Source: a virus. Taken from it: a stretch of DNA of 64,000 nucleotides. The number at the start of each line of letters is the position of its first letter. Position 1 is the first letter of the stretch. Both the position numbers and the translations under genes were made by a program. The DNA lies in the IMG/VR virus record IMGVR_UViG_3300025015_000014, positions 1-64,000 of that record, one strand, 5' to 3'. Positions 55,737 through 64,000 of this stretch are shown piece by piece. The notes under the pieces were generated by a model. The model ran no database searches, was not told where the DNA came from, and saw only the letters and a program-made list of their open reading frames with translations.

Positions 55737-56847
55737 CTAAACGCTCCATTCCTCTTGTGATTTCCTGACAGAGTGCATCCAGAGCCACCCGGTCAGGTGC
55801 CCTCGGGAGAGGACTCGACTTGGCCAGTTCCACTAGAGCAACATCTTCTGCCTTGGCCCAAGCAATCAGATCCTCATAGGGCGTGGACCCCTGAAGCAAC
55901 CCTCGCAATTCTTCAGCATCCGGACGACGGATGAGCACTTCTCCCCTGCTCAAGATCTCCCGACACATTCGCATGAGCCGGGTCAGATGCAGGGCGTGTT
56001 TCGCGTCATACCCGAACTTGGCTTCCATGGCTGCCCGAGCCGGATTCCGTTTAGCTTTCCACTCCTGGTACTGTGTCCAGTTCCGTTGAGCCGCATGATA
56101 GTGCCGCTCCCGGTCAAGCAGATCCAGGAAATTGTCCTCGTACCCCAGGAGCCGTCCTGCGGCCCTGTATTTCTCATCCGACCCCATCTTCCAATCCAGG
56201 AGTGTGGCTTCAAGCTGTTCCTGAAGGTAGATCTTCTCGGCATCATCCAGGGTACCGAAGTCGATTTCCCAGGAATCCACACGCTTCTGAACCGTTGCCT
56301 GGGCCGCCAAGAGTTGATCGGCTGGGATCACCGTCCGTTCAGGCAACCCGAACTCCCCTCGGGTCGGGGGTGCTGAAGGCGGGTTGAGGAGCCACCGCCG
56401 ATGGGTCTCAATCCGTTTGAGTTGGCTGATTGCATAGCCCCGGAACGTGTAGAGAGCCTTCCGGGATAGGAACAGTGTCCGAGCCTCAATGATCCTGGCT
56501 CCCTCAGGAGTGCAGATCAAACGATCCTCAGGCACGGTCCAGAGGATCTCAATCACGTTGGGATTACAGTCCGCGGCTAGCTTGAAGAACTTGTCGATCC
56601 CGAAAACCGTCCCATCAAGCCCATCCCTCTCGGCCATGCCCCGAAGCGGCTCCCGCAAGAAAGGAATGAACGGAGCCATCTGTGGTGCCTTCTCAGCCTG
56701 CTCGAACCGTTCCAGGAACCCCTCCCGATAACGTCGAGGGGCCACACAGACCCCTTTCACATCCACATCAGAGTCCGGTCGGTTGGTTCCGTAGGCATGG
56801 GAACCGGACACGGACAGGAGAATGGTTCTGGCTTGTAAGTCGAACAT
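55729..56847 (-). CDS. Pol-beta-type nucleotidyltransferase (YcgL/RlaP-like family)
   Basis: GSHAYGT...SDVD.KGV, NPN.IE.L, F.GYA..Q, YD.K.A.H..RL. Confidence 0.85.
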   Translation of the reverse strand: MFDLQARTILLSVSGSHAYGTNRPDSDVDVKGVCVAPRRYREGFLERFEQAEKAPQMAPFIPFLREPLRGMAERDGLDGTVFGIDKFFKLAADCNPNVIEILWTVPEDRLICTPEGARIIEARTLFLSRKALYTFRGYAISQLKRIETHRRWLLNPPSAPPTRGEFGLPERTVIPADQLLAAQATVQKRVDSWEIDFGTLDDAEKIYLQEQLEATLLDWKMGSDEKYRAAGRLLGYEDNFLDLLDRERHYHAAQRNWTQYQEWKAKRNPARAAMEAKFGYDAKHALHLTRLMRMCREILSRGEVLIRRPDAEELRGLLQGSTPYEDLIAWAKAEDVALVELAKSSPLPRAPDRVALDALCQEITRGMERLDG

Positions 56848-56874
56848 GTCTGTACTACTCGATAGGGGTTCAAT

Positions 56875-57036
56875 CTAAGCCGGAGGTTTGGGGAACCTAG
56901 GGGGTTCGGGTTTACGCAGCCCCCAAGCAAGGCTATGGGCAATACTGGTCAGACCCGTAACCGAAACAAGAAATCCTATGAAAGTCCCCCACGGATACTT
57001 ATCGGCCAGGGTGAGTATGAACTCGTAGAACGTCAT
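56875..57036 (-). CDS. Small membrane protein
   Basis: GAGG RBS. One hydrophobic helix, WGTFIGFLVSVTGL. Confidence 0.45.
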   Translation of the reverse strand: MTFYEFILTLADKYPWGTFIGFLVSVTGLTSIAHSLAWGLRKPEPPRFPKPPA

Positions 57037-57044
57037 GAGAAGCC

Positions 57045-57434
57045 TCAGTTCAATTGAGGATCTGTCTCCCGATCCTTCCGGTTGAAAACGCGATCCCACC
57101 CTTCCCGATAAGCGACTGTCGCAACCTGTGCTGGTCCGCTACGAGCCTCAAACTCCGCTTGAGAGATTGCGTGATCCGTGACCCCACTCTGGTTTTCGCC
57201 AACAGAGCCATGCTCCTCTACTACCCGTAATCCCTGACCCTCCTTAGTCAAAGACAACAGGAGTCCCCCATGGAGAGGCTGACCGTGTTCCACGGGGTAC
57301 AAGACCCCCGTCTGAATTTGGGCCGGTTCCGGTGCATCTGCCGGACCCCGCAACCGCACAATACCCTGACCCCCATCCGGTCGTGGGGGGGCGATTGGGA
57401 AGATGAGGTCACGGATAGGCTTCTCGTCACTCAT
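57045..57434 (-). CDS. Hypothetical protein
   Basis: ATGA overlap with the upstream gene. Ends GPAQVATVAYREGWDRVF. Confidence 0.55.
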   Translation of the reverse strand: MSDEKPIRDLIFPIAPPRPDGGQGIVRLRGPADAPEPAQIQTGVLYPVEHGQPLHGGLLLSLTKEGQGLRVVEEHGSVGENQSGVTDHAISQAEFEARSGPAQVATVAYREGWDRVFNRKDRETDPQLN

Positions 57435-57904
57435 GTTGTGAGCCACTTCAAGTCCAGCACCCAAGACATCTTAGATCGTCGTTGCCACACAGCAAAAGCT
57501 TCCTTCACATGATCTCTGGTCTGGGCCGAAGTCCAACGATTGACCCGGCACAAGTGAGTCATCATCCGGTGAACAGCATCCGGTCCACCGACCGTCATAG
57601 TGCGCCCAAAGTGTTTGACAGCATGACAATCCGGGCACAAAGCAATGGTTCGCACAAGCCGTTGGACCCCGGTCTGGTCGTTATAGTCCCAAACCTCGTG
57701 CGCCTCCACGGGCCATTCCGGTCCCTTGTCTCCACAAATCTCACAGACATATCCGGCCTGCCGATAGGTGCGTTTACGGATCTTGTCCCAAGCCTCTTTG
57801 GGTACCTGGGACCGAAGGTTGTCCCCCCATGATGTAGAGGGCACCAACTCGATTAGAAGCTGGACGTTGGTGACAGGGTCATCTAGGTCTACAATGTCAC
57901 TCAT
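57431..57904 (-). CDS. HNH-like endonuclease
   Basis: WD.IR...Y..AGY.CEICG...EAHEVW.Y...LCPDCH.VKH. Confidence 0.75.
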   Translation of the reverse strand: MSDIVDLDDPVTNVQLLIELVPSTSWGDNLRSQVPKEAWDKIRKRTYRQAGYVCEICGDKGPEWPVEAHEVWDYNDQTGVQRLVRTIALCPDCHAVKHFGRTMTVGGPDAVHRMMTHLCRVNRWTSAQTRDHVKEAFAVWQRRSKMSWVLDLKWLTT

Positions 57905-58923
57905 CGGGAGTGAGCCCGTTCCAAATAGAGGACCGTTCGTTCCCGTACCTTTGCAGGTACGTCGAACATCCCCTGCACCACCTGGGGGAGTGGAATGTTC
58001 CCTGTCTTGATGAAACCTGTAGCCAGAGAGGACACGAAGGCTTCAATGGCTGTCGCCCTGGTTTCGGCCCGGTCGCGGCCTTCCAAGTCAAACACCTCCA
58101 GAGGAGGCCGAACCTGAAGGTTCACCCGACGGATATCCACCCGCTGTTTGTCGAACTTCAGCACACCGCAAGCCGGACTTCGGGTCAACTCCTCTTGGGC
58201 AATGGAACCCCTGGACAAAGCCCCGAGATTCACAAACCATTTCCGGCCAACCTGTCGGATGTCCTGGTCCTTATGCCAATGGGCCAGGAGCCATATATCG
58301 GGATCCAGATTGGCCAATTCAGAATAACTCAGGATGTCTTCGGACTCGAAGAGCTTGCCCCCCTCAGGACTTGCCGCACAATGCACTACCACGACCAACC
58401 AATCCTCATCCCCCTTGGTGATCGTTGAGAAACGGTTTCGGTCATAGGCCACTCCATGATAAGGCACCCCCACCACTCTGACCTTGAGTTTGTTGATGTG
58501 TCCCGAGGATCCATTGACCATCTGAGGGCCATCCATCCCCACGAAATCACCGGTCTCGAAAATGGCCTCATGAGACTCATACAGCCGGTTGAAGACCTGG
58601 GCCTCGAACAACACTCCGAGCGGGGCCTCTTTCAGAAACCGGATGTCCCCGTATTTCACGTCGTGGTTGCCCACCGTAGCGTACACCGGAGGACCATCCA
58701 AAGTAATCTGGGTCACAGCCTGGAGCATCGCATGACTGTTCTGGCCGGGGGATTTGCAGTGGAAGAAATCTCCACCGTCCAAGATGGCTATAGCCCCCTC
58801 CTGTTTGGCAATCTCATTCACCTGTTGAAGCTTCCCTAGAAGGGTTTGTTCCCAGTTATCCGTGCGTGATTGAGGCGGAGTATCCGCCATGTGAACATCA
58901 GTTCGCCAAACCAGGGTAATCAA
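57901..58923 (-). CDS. Mre11/SbcD-like metallophosphoesterase nuclease
   Basis: TDVH, GGDFF, GNHD, VH and AHWH motifs, plus NLGALSR. Confidence 0.85.
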   Translation of the reverse strand: MITLVWRTDVHMADTPPQSRTDNWEQTLLGKLQQVNEIAKQEGAIAILDGGDFFHCKSPGQNSHAMLQAVTQITLDGPPVYATVGNHDVKYGDIRFLKEAPLGVLFEAQVFNRLYESHEAIFETGDFVGMDGPQMVNGSSGHINKLKVRVVGVPYHGVAYDRNRFSTITKGDEDWLVVVVHCAASPEGGKLFESEDILSYSELANLDPDIWLLAHWHKDQDIRQVGRKWFVNLGALSRGSIAQEELTRSPACGVLKFDKQRVDIRRVNLQVRPPLEVFDLEGRDRAETRATAIEAFVSSLATGFIKTGNIPLPQVVQGMFDVPAKVRERTVLYLERAHSR

Positions 58924-59540
58924 GTGTTTCTCCGCAACCAATCTACAGTTCGCCAAACCAGGGCTTCGTACTGCCCCCCATTGTACTTACTGATGTTGAT
59001 TTGCCCGTCAGATTTCTTGGTTGCAGCAAGAAAAGCTGCCGTCCAACCCAGAGCAAAATCAGGGTTCTTCAACTCGACACAGGTGGGGCGTCCAGGGTAG
59101 TCTGTCCGGACACCAGTGATTCCACAACTACGGGGCTTCCCTTTCCGATGATCCCCCTCCTTTGTTGGGATGAACCGAGACTCTTTCCAGGCTATGGTGA
59201 CCAACAGTAACGGGTCAAGCCCATGGGCTTCGGCATGTCTCAGGGCCATCTCGGCCAGGCTCTCAACTGTCAAGCCCCACTTCTGAAGCCTGTCCAGGTC
59301 ATCATGTTCTGTTCGGCCCAACACCCGCACAGCTTCCACCACCTGAGTTTGACGAGTCTGCCGAGCCAAATCCTCTAACCGGTCAGGGTCCGAATCTGCG
59401 GGTAGGGTGATGTGCATAGTCACACATGCAGGCAAGGAAGGGAGTTCAACCTTCCTAGATTCCCGTGCTGGAGCTTGATTCAGCAACCACCCGCTGAGAA
59501 GGAGACTGAGGCTCAACGGAACCAACCACAGTGGCTTCAT
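58920..59540 (-). CDS. Lytic transglycosylase (SLT-like) with N-terminal signal/anchor
   Basis: Hydrophobic N-terminus. GLDP.LL..IA..ESRF.P (catalytic Glu), CGITGV, YNGG. Confidence 0.7.
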   Translation of the reverse strand: MKPLWLVPLSLSLLLSGWLLNQAPARESRKVELPSLPACVTMHITLPADSDPDRLEDLARQTRQTQVVEAVRVLGRTEHDDLDRLQKWGLTVESLAEMALRHAEAHGLDPLLLVTIAWKESRFIPTKEGDHRKGKPRSCGITGVRTDYPGRPTCVELKNPDFALGWTAAFLAATKKSDGQINISKYNGGQYEALVWRTVDWLRRNT

Positions 59541-59553
59541 GACCGCTCCCCAC

Positions 59554-61095
59554 TCATCCAAAAAGATCCTGGATCCCATCCCTCTGGTCCGCACCCTCGT
59601 CGTCTTTTGGAGCGGCCATGCCCACGAGGCGGGCCTTCGCTAAGGAGAGATACTTTTCCTGCACGTCCAACCCAATGTAGTTCCGACCGTTTTGCACCGC
59701 CACGACCCCTGTTGTCCCAGATCCGGAAAACGGATCTAGCACCGTACACGGAACAGGATCTCCCGCATCACACTCACAAGAAGGGGTCCACCGGGGAACT
59801 TGGCCCGGATGGTGGGAAACCGGACAATGCGCCCCGTGTCCAGATGGATGTCTTGGACTGCTACTGGGAGACCGGTCTACTACTCGAACCCAAGGTGCCC
59901 CACACTCAACGCAACAGCCTTTTGCTGATGTCCCGGCTAGTATCATGGGAAGAATCAAAGCTGGGGGGAAAGTCGCAAAATGAGCACCTGGATACGGACA
60001 GGTGTTGACGGCCCAAACCGTTCGCTTGTTCCGATGCCCATCCCCAGGGGGTCTGTTCCCACTGTAGGTGGGATTATATTCCCCTGTGGTCTCTGTGTGC
60101 TTCACGCCCCCAATAGGAGGCATGGCCTCCCACGCCCCCGTTACCGCGGGCTCCCGGATGGCAACCGTATCATAGTAGTATTGCCCTGCCTTGAAGCCAG
60201 ATCTCAATCCTTTGTGTGGGGGTTGCCCATGTGTACGGGTTGCTTTTCCCAACCCACGTACTGTACGAGGATGGTCGCCGCACACAGCCGGTTCTGTTAT
60301 CGCCTGAGCGTCATAGGAATACCGACCCGACTTGGCGAGAAGGAACACATACTCATGGGATTTGGTCGGTCGGTCTTCTACTGATTCAGGCATCGGGTTC
60401 TTCTTTTCCCAAATTATATCAGACCGAAGCACCCACCCGTCTTCCTGGAGAGCAAAAGCTACTCGCCAAGGAATACCTATTAGATCCTTGGGTTTGAGCC
60501 CCACTAAGGGAAATCTGATTGGCCTTTGGGCCTGGCCTTCTGTGTATTTCCCCTGAAGAGTGCTGCTGGACGTGAAGTTTCTAGGATCTTGCCCGTACTC
60601 TGTTGTGCTCCCCCCTCCAGCATAGGTATCACCCAGATTGAGCCACAATGTTCCATCATCTCTCAGAACCCTGGCCACCTCCCGGAAGATTTGGACCAGA
60701 TGTTCTACATACAGGTCCGGGGTGGGTTCCAACCCAAGCTCTCCTCGCCAAGCCCCGCACACCTGACAAAAGTTTCCCCCACCTCCTGCCCCAGCCCCTT
60801 GTCCAGAAACATCCAATGTCGGATGAAGGTTTCCTCCCGTACCCGACACCCCTCGATTCCCCCGACGACCATGGGGAAGATCTGCCCCCCAATCATGCTG
60901 ACATCCGGCAACGCCATCCCAAACAAGTGGTTGGGTTTGATATGCTCTCAAACCCCAATAGGGGGGTGATGTACAAACCATATGCACACTAGCATCAGGA
61001 AGACTTTTCAACCCCTCCAGCGCCCCCACGCCATACAGCAGATTTGCCTCAAAAACTCGATCCCCAAAAGGATATTCCACAACCTCAGAAATCAT
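59554..61095 (-). CDS. DNA N4-cytosine/N6-adenine methyltransferase (beta class)
   Basis: TSPPYW, RVLR.DG.LWLN.GD, IIW.K.NPMPES, HFATFP and VLDPFSGSGTT. Confidence 0.9.
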   Translation of the reverse strand: MISEVVEYPFGDRVFEANLLYGVGALEGLKSLPDASVHMVCTSPPYWGLRAYQTQPLVWDGVAGCQHDWGADLPHGRRGNRGVSGTGGNLHPTLDVSGQGAGAGGGGNFCQVCGAWRGELGLEPTPDLYVEHLVQIFREVARVLRDDGTLWLNLGDTYAGGGSTTEYGQDPRNFTSSSTLQGKYTEGQAQRPIRFPLVGLKPKDLIGIPWRVAFALQEDGWVLRSDIIWEKKNPMPESVEDRPTKSHEYVFLLAKSGRYSYDAQAITEPAVCGDHPRTVRGLGKATRTHGQPPHKGLRSGFKAGQYYYDTVAIREPAVTGAWEAMPPIGGVKHTETTGEYNPTYSGNRPPGDGHRNKRTVWAVNTCPYPGAHFATFPPALILPMILAGTSAKGCCVECGAPWVRVVDRSPSSSPRHPSGHGAHCPVSHHPGQVPRWTPSCECDAGDPVPCTVLDPFSGSGTTGVVAVQNGRNYIGLDVQEKYLSLAKARLVGMAAPKDDEGADQRDGIQDLFG

Positions 61096-62186
61096 AGCAA
61101 AGCATCCTCGGCACAAGCCTTGTGCGTATCGGATCCACAAACAGGACAAAAACCCAATTCGGCCAGGTCTTTCGTCACCTGTTCTTCCGCCACTATCGTT
61201 TGCTTCTGGACCTCCTGGAGTTGGCTCTCCAAAGACTGTACCCCCTGTTGTGCCTTTGTCAGATGTTCCCGAAACCCATCCAGAATAGTCAGAGCCGCCA
61301 GGGCGCGTTCAGCGGCAGTCCCATCAGGATTCAGATCGGCCGCCTCGATACCAGACAACCGAGCCACCCGGTCAGTGGCCTGCATCTGTCGTTTCTGAAG
61401 ACCCGCCAGGGCCTCCAAATCGACGAGTATCTGTTCCGTTTCCAGGCTAGGTGGCACAACCACCTCCTCAGCACCACTCAAAGAAACTACACGCTGCTGG
61501 GCGACATCCCGCCTTATCTGGAGTTCTGACAAGCCCGCTATTGCCACCTCAAACCGTTGGGCAAGTATGATGACCCCCTCTATGGCTGCGGTTTCTTTCT
61601 CGACCTCATCCAACCCCTTGAGATCTTCGAGAGCCAACTGTGCCCGGTCTCTATCCTGAAGTCGAACCTTCAGTTCCCCATCGGCCTGTCGTTTATCCGA
61701 CTGGGCTAACCGTAAAGCCTCGTTGAGTTGCCCCACCCGGTCCACATCGGCAATGGCCTCTGCCATGACAGACCCCGGCAGGTCCAACATGAAAACCTGA
61801 CCCGTAAACTGAGGTGCAATCTGAGGCCAGATTTCCCGACCACCCGTGAGTTTCAAAGGACTGATCCGAAGAGCTTCCCGAACCTCGTCTGGTACCCCCT
61901 GACCAGGATGTAAAGGGGCACCCCCATTCACTGTGTAGGCAGGCTTGGTGGACCGACCTTTCTCCCAGGTAATCTTGGTATCGGGGAACTCGACAGTGAC
62001 CCGCATCTTGGAGGCCCCATCCCGAACGAATGCGGTTCCCTTGGTGTTCTGGGCAAGTCCGGTCAAGGCTCGATGCAGGGCGCTCTTCCCGCTGTTGTTC
62101 GGGCCATGAACAACAGTGAAACCTTCCACCTGAATCGTAGCAGACTTGATGGACTGGAAGTTCTCGACCTTGACCATGAAGGGCAT
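61092..62186 (-). CDS. Rad50/SbcC-like ABC ATPase, N-terminal half ending at the zinc hook
   Basis: V.NFQSI, Walker A GPNNSGKS, Q-loop region, long coiled coil and terminal CPVCG. Confidence 0.85.
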   Translation of the reverse strand: MPFMVKVENFQSIKSATIQVEGFTVVHGPNNSGKSALHRALTGLAQNTKGTAFVRDGASKMRVTVEFPDTKITWEKGRSTKPAYTVNGGAPLHPGQGVPDEVREALRISPLKLTGGREIWPQIAPQFTGQVFMLDLPGSVMAEAIADVDRVGQLNEALRLAQSDKRQADGELKVRLQDRDRAQLALEDLKGLDEVEKETAAIEGVIILAQRFEVAIAGLSELQIRRDVAQQRVVSLSGAEEVVVPPSLETEQILVDLEALAGLQKRQMQATDRVARLSGIEAADLNPDGTAAERALAALTILDGFREHLTKAQQGVQSLESQLQEVQKQTIVAEEQVTKDLAELGFCPVCGSDTHKACAEDALL

Positions 62187-62237
62187 GGGACTCTCCCTTT
62201 GGTTTACCCGGTAGAAACACTACCGGGAAGTCCCATC

Positions 62238-63509
62238 TTACCCCTCCGGAGTAGGCTCTGTCTCACTGGGGTTTGCAGCAACAACAGGTGTATCCAAACC
62301 TGACACAAAGGCTTCCACATCTGCCAAGTCAATCTCATCCTCATCCGAGGTGAGTTTAGTGTCTGAATCAGCCGCAGTCAAAAGTTTCCCACGTACTGCT
62401 GCTAGAAGCTCCTCTCTGGCCCCGGCGGCTGCCTTGATCAGATCCTTGAACGGTTGAGTCCCCTGTGCCCGAATGGAACTGCCATCCTGACGTTCCCAGG
62501 AGTACCAGGGACCGCCCTTCTTGACCACTCCATGCAGAGAACCAATTTCAATGAGACTCCGCAAATCGTCGATACCTTCTCCATAGGTGATGAAGAAATC
62601 GGCCTCTCGACCTTGAGAAGCCGAGATCCGGCACTTGTCCAAACGCAGCCTGATTTTGTTAGCCACCGCCGTGTCAATGGTCTTGTGAGTCAGGGCGTCG
62701 TACATCTTCCCTTTCTCCATGCCAATCTTGGTGAAACGAATCATCAAGTCTGAGTTGAACTTCCAGGACTCACCACCTTGCGGGAGTGAATCCGGCCCAT
62801 ACCCGGACTTGTTGATGACCTTACGAAGCTGACTGATCCCAATGATCGTGGTACCCGTGCGAGCACAAGTACCTTTCATCTCTGCCAGGATCTTGCTCCA
62901 GAGTTGGGCCTGGAGTCCGATCCGTCCTGTCTCCCCTTTCTCATCCAATGCCTGTTCCATGATGGCCTTTGGTACCCCGGCCCCGACGGAATCCAACACA
63001 ATCAGATCAACCCCGGCCTTGGCCATGACATATAGATCGGAAAGGCCCTGTTCTAGGGTCTTGGGCTGTACCAGATAAAACAGGTTGTCATCGGAAGGAA
63101 TCCCGAGAGCCTGGGCATAGGACGGGACGATGGCATACTCCCAGTCAATGTAAACCACCTGTCCCCCAGCAGCACATACTTGGGCGGAGGTCATTAAACA
63201 GAATGTGGTCTTGCCTGACCCCTCCGTGCCGTACACATTGATGAGTCGCCCCTTAGGCAATCCCGGACACGGACTGACCCCATATTTGTTGGGTCTGCCC
63301 CCGATGGCATAGTCAATCACGAACGACCCGGTTGGGATGTGGGGCAAGGATCGGAGAGCAGCATTCTCATCCAAAGTCACCCCACCGCCTGAATCTTCAG
63401 GGAACACCTTTTTCAGCATGGCCCGACCCATCTGAAGGGCATTCTTCTTGGGAGCTACCGGGGTAGTAGCTGTTGTTGGGGGGGTGCTGGCTTTCTTACC
63501 TCTGGGCAT
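62238..63509 (-). CDS. recA: RecA recombinase
   Basis: IPTGS...D.A.G, GLP.GR...YG.E.SGKTT, IDWE, LIVLDSV, IGLQA, ISQLR, GG...KF. Confidence 0.93.
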   Translation of the reverse strand: MPRGKKASTPPTTATTPVAPKKNALQMGRAMLKKVFPEDSGGGVTLDENAALRSLPHIPTGSFVIDYAIGGRPNKYGVSPCPGLPKGRLINVYGTEGSGKTTFCLMTSAQVCAAGGQVVYIDWEYAIVPSYAQALGIPSDDNLFYLVQPKTLEQGLSDLYVMAKAGVDLIVLDSVGAGVPKAIMEQALDEKGETGRIGLQAQLWSKILAEMKGTCARTGTTIIGISQLRKVINKSGYGPDSLPQGGESWKFNSDLMIRFTKIGMEKGKMYDALTHKTIDTAVANKIRLRLDKCRISASQGREADFFITYGEGIDDLRSLIEIGSLHGVVKKGGPWYSWERQDGSSIRAQGTQPFKDLIKAAAGAREELLAAVRGKLLTAADSDTKLTSDEDEIDLADVEAFVSGLDTPVVAANPSETEPTPEG

Positions 63510-63544
63510 GTTCACTCCTACCTTTTTCTGTAAACGGACCCGAA

Positions 63545-64000
63545 CTAGCCCAATGCACGAAGTTGATTACTTGGTGTGCCTTGTTGGGCTGCCACAGCAA
63601 GACACAACTCAACAAACCGGTCTTGGGGATAACTGTTCTTCATTTTGTTGATGTCCTTATGGACCCACTGTATGTTGCCCGCGACATAGCCCTGAGTCGA
63701 ATCAATCCTGTCAAGGGATGCCGTCATGTTGTTTCGTTGGGCCGCCGACTCCGCAAACTGGATGGGCAACCCGGACAGGGCACAGCACCCCCCTTGTTTG
63801 ACAAACAAGTCCCAGACTTCTTCGATGGTGACCCCTACTGAAAACCCTCGGACACGAGCACCCCGACTAATGATCGTCCAGTACCTCTTGCTCAATTGTC
63901 CCCGACCCGCCCAGTGGGGACTAGCCTCTCCGGATCGCTTTCGGTAGCAACCGCATGAGGTTACCATGACTCTTCGCAGGTTATCCGCTCCCACCACTTT
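63545..64000 (-). mobile_element. HNH-type homing endonuclease-like gene, 5' end outside the window
   Basis: SCGC...Q...CALSG...ASLDRIDS..GY..GN.QWVH..IN.MK. The frame is open to the window edge. Confidence 0.75.

Noticed and set aside
62205-62228. Inverted repeat cccggtag/ctaccggg between recA and the Rad50 N-half
   Set aside because: It is real but ambiguous: there is no U-tract and it only partly resembles the promoter motif, so no function is assigned.
1-64000. Stop-codon reassignment, as seen in some large phages
   Set aside because: Genes are full length and tightly packed in the standard code, and TAA, TAG and TGA all act as stops.

Overview
The window is a 64-kb piece of a large tailed dsDNA phage (Caudoviricetes). 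It uses the standard genetic code and essentially all real genes lie on the minus strand, densely packed and often overlapping at stop/start codons. In transcription order (right to left) there are three blocks. (1) Replication and recombination, about 64-48 kb: HNH-type endonuclease, RecA, a Rad50/SbcC split over two distant genes plus Mre11/SbcD, DNA methyltransferase, lytic transglycosylase, nucleotidyltransferase, RecB-like nuclease, beta clamp, primase and DnaX. (2) A NusG-like and a sigma-region-4-like regulator. (3) A long morphogenesis block: terminase, portal, prohead protease, charged scaffold, decoration protein, HK97-type major capsid protein, three paralogous virion proteins, and a >990-aa fibre protein running off the left edge. 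The most notable signal is a set of unrelated, modular proteins in the head region that share two short peptide tags. One is a ~25-aa 'LRxxVIKLAHxxPELRxHLxPLLR' helix found in 6 genes. The other is an 'RVAxR[WY]' motif that also marks the domain junctions of a 2834-aa multi-enzyme protein (InPase-like, M14 peptidase, two zincins, topoisomerase IB, RNA ligase). I infer a capsid-cargo addressing and processing system. Also seen: a CCA/poly(A) polymerase gene interrupted by a free-standing endonuclease gene, and a candidate phage late-promoter motif (CGGTAA-N5-xTAT). All family calls come from recognising motifs by eye; no database searches were run.
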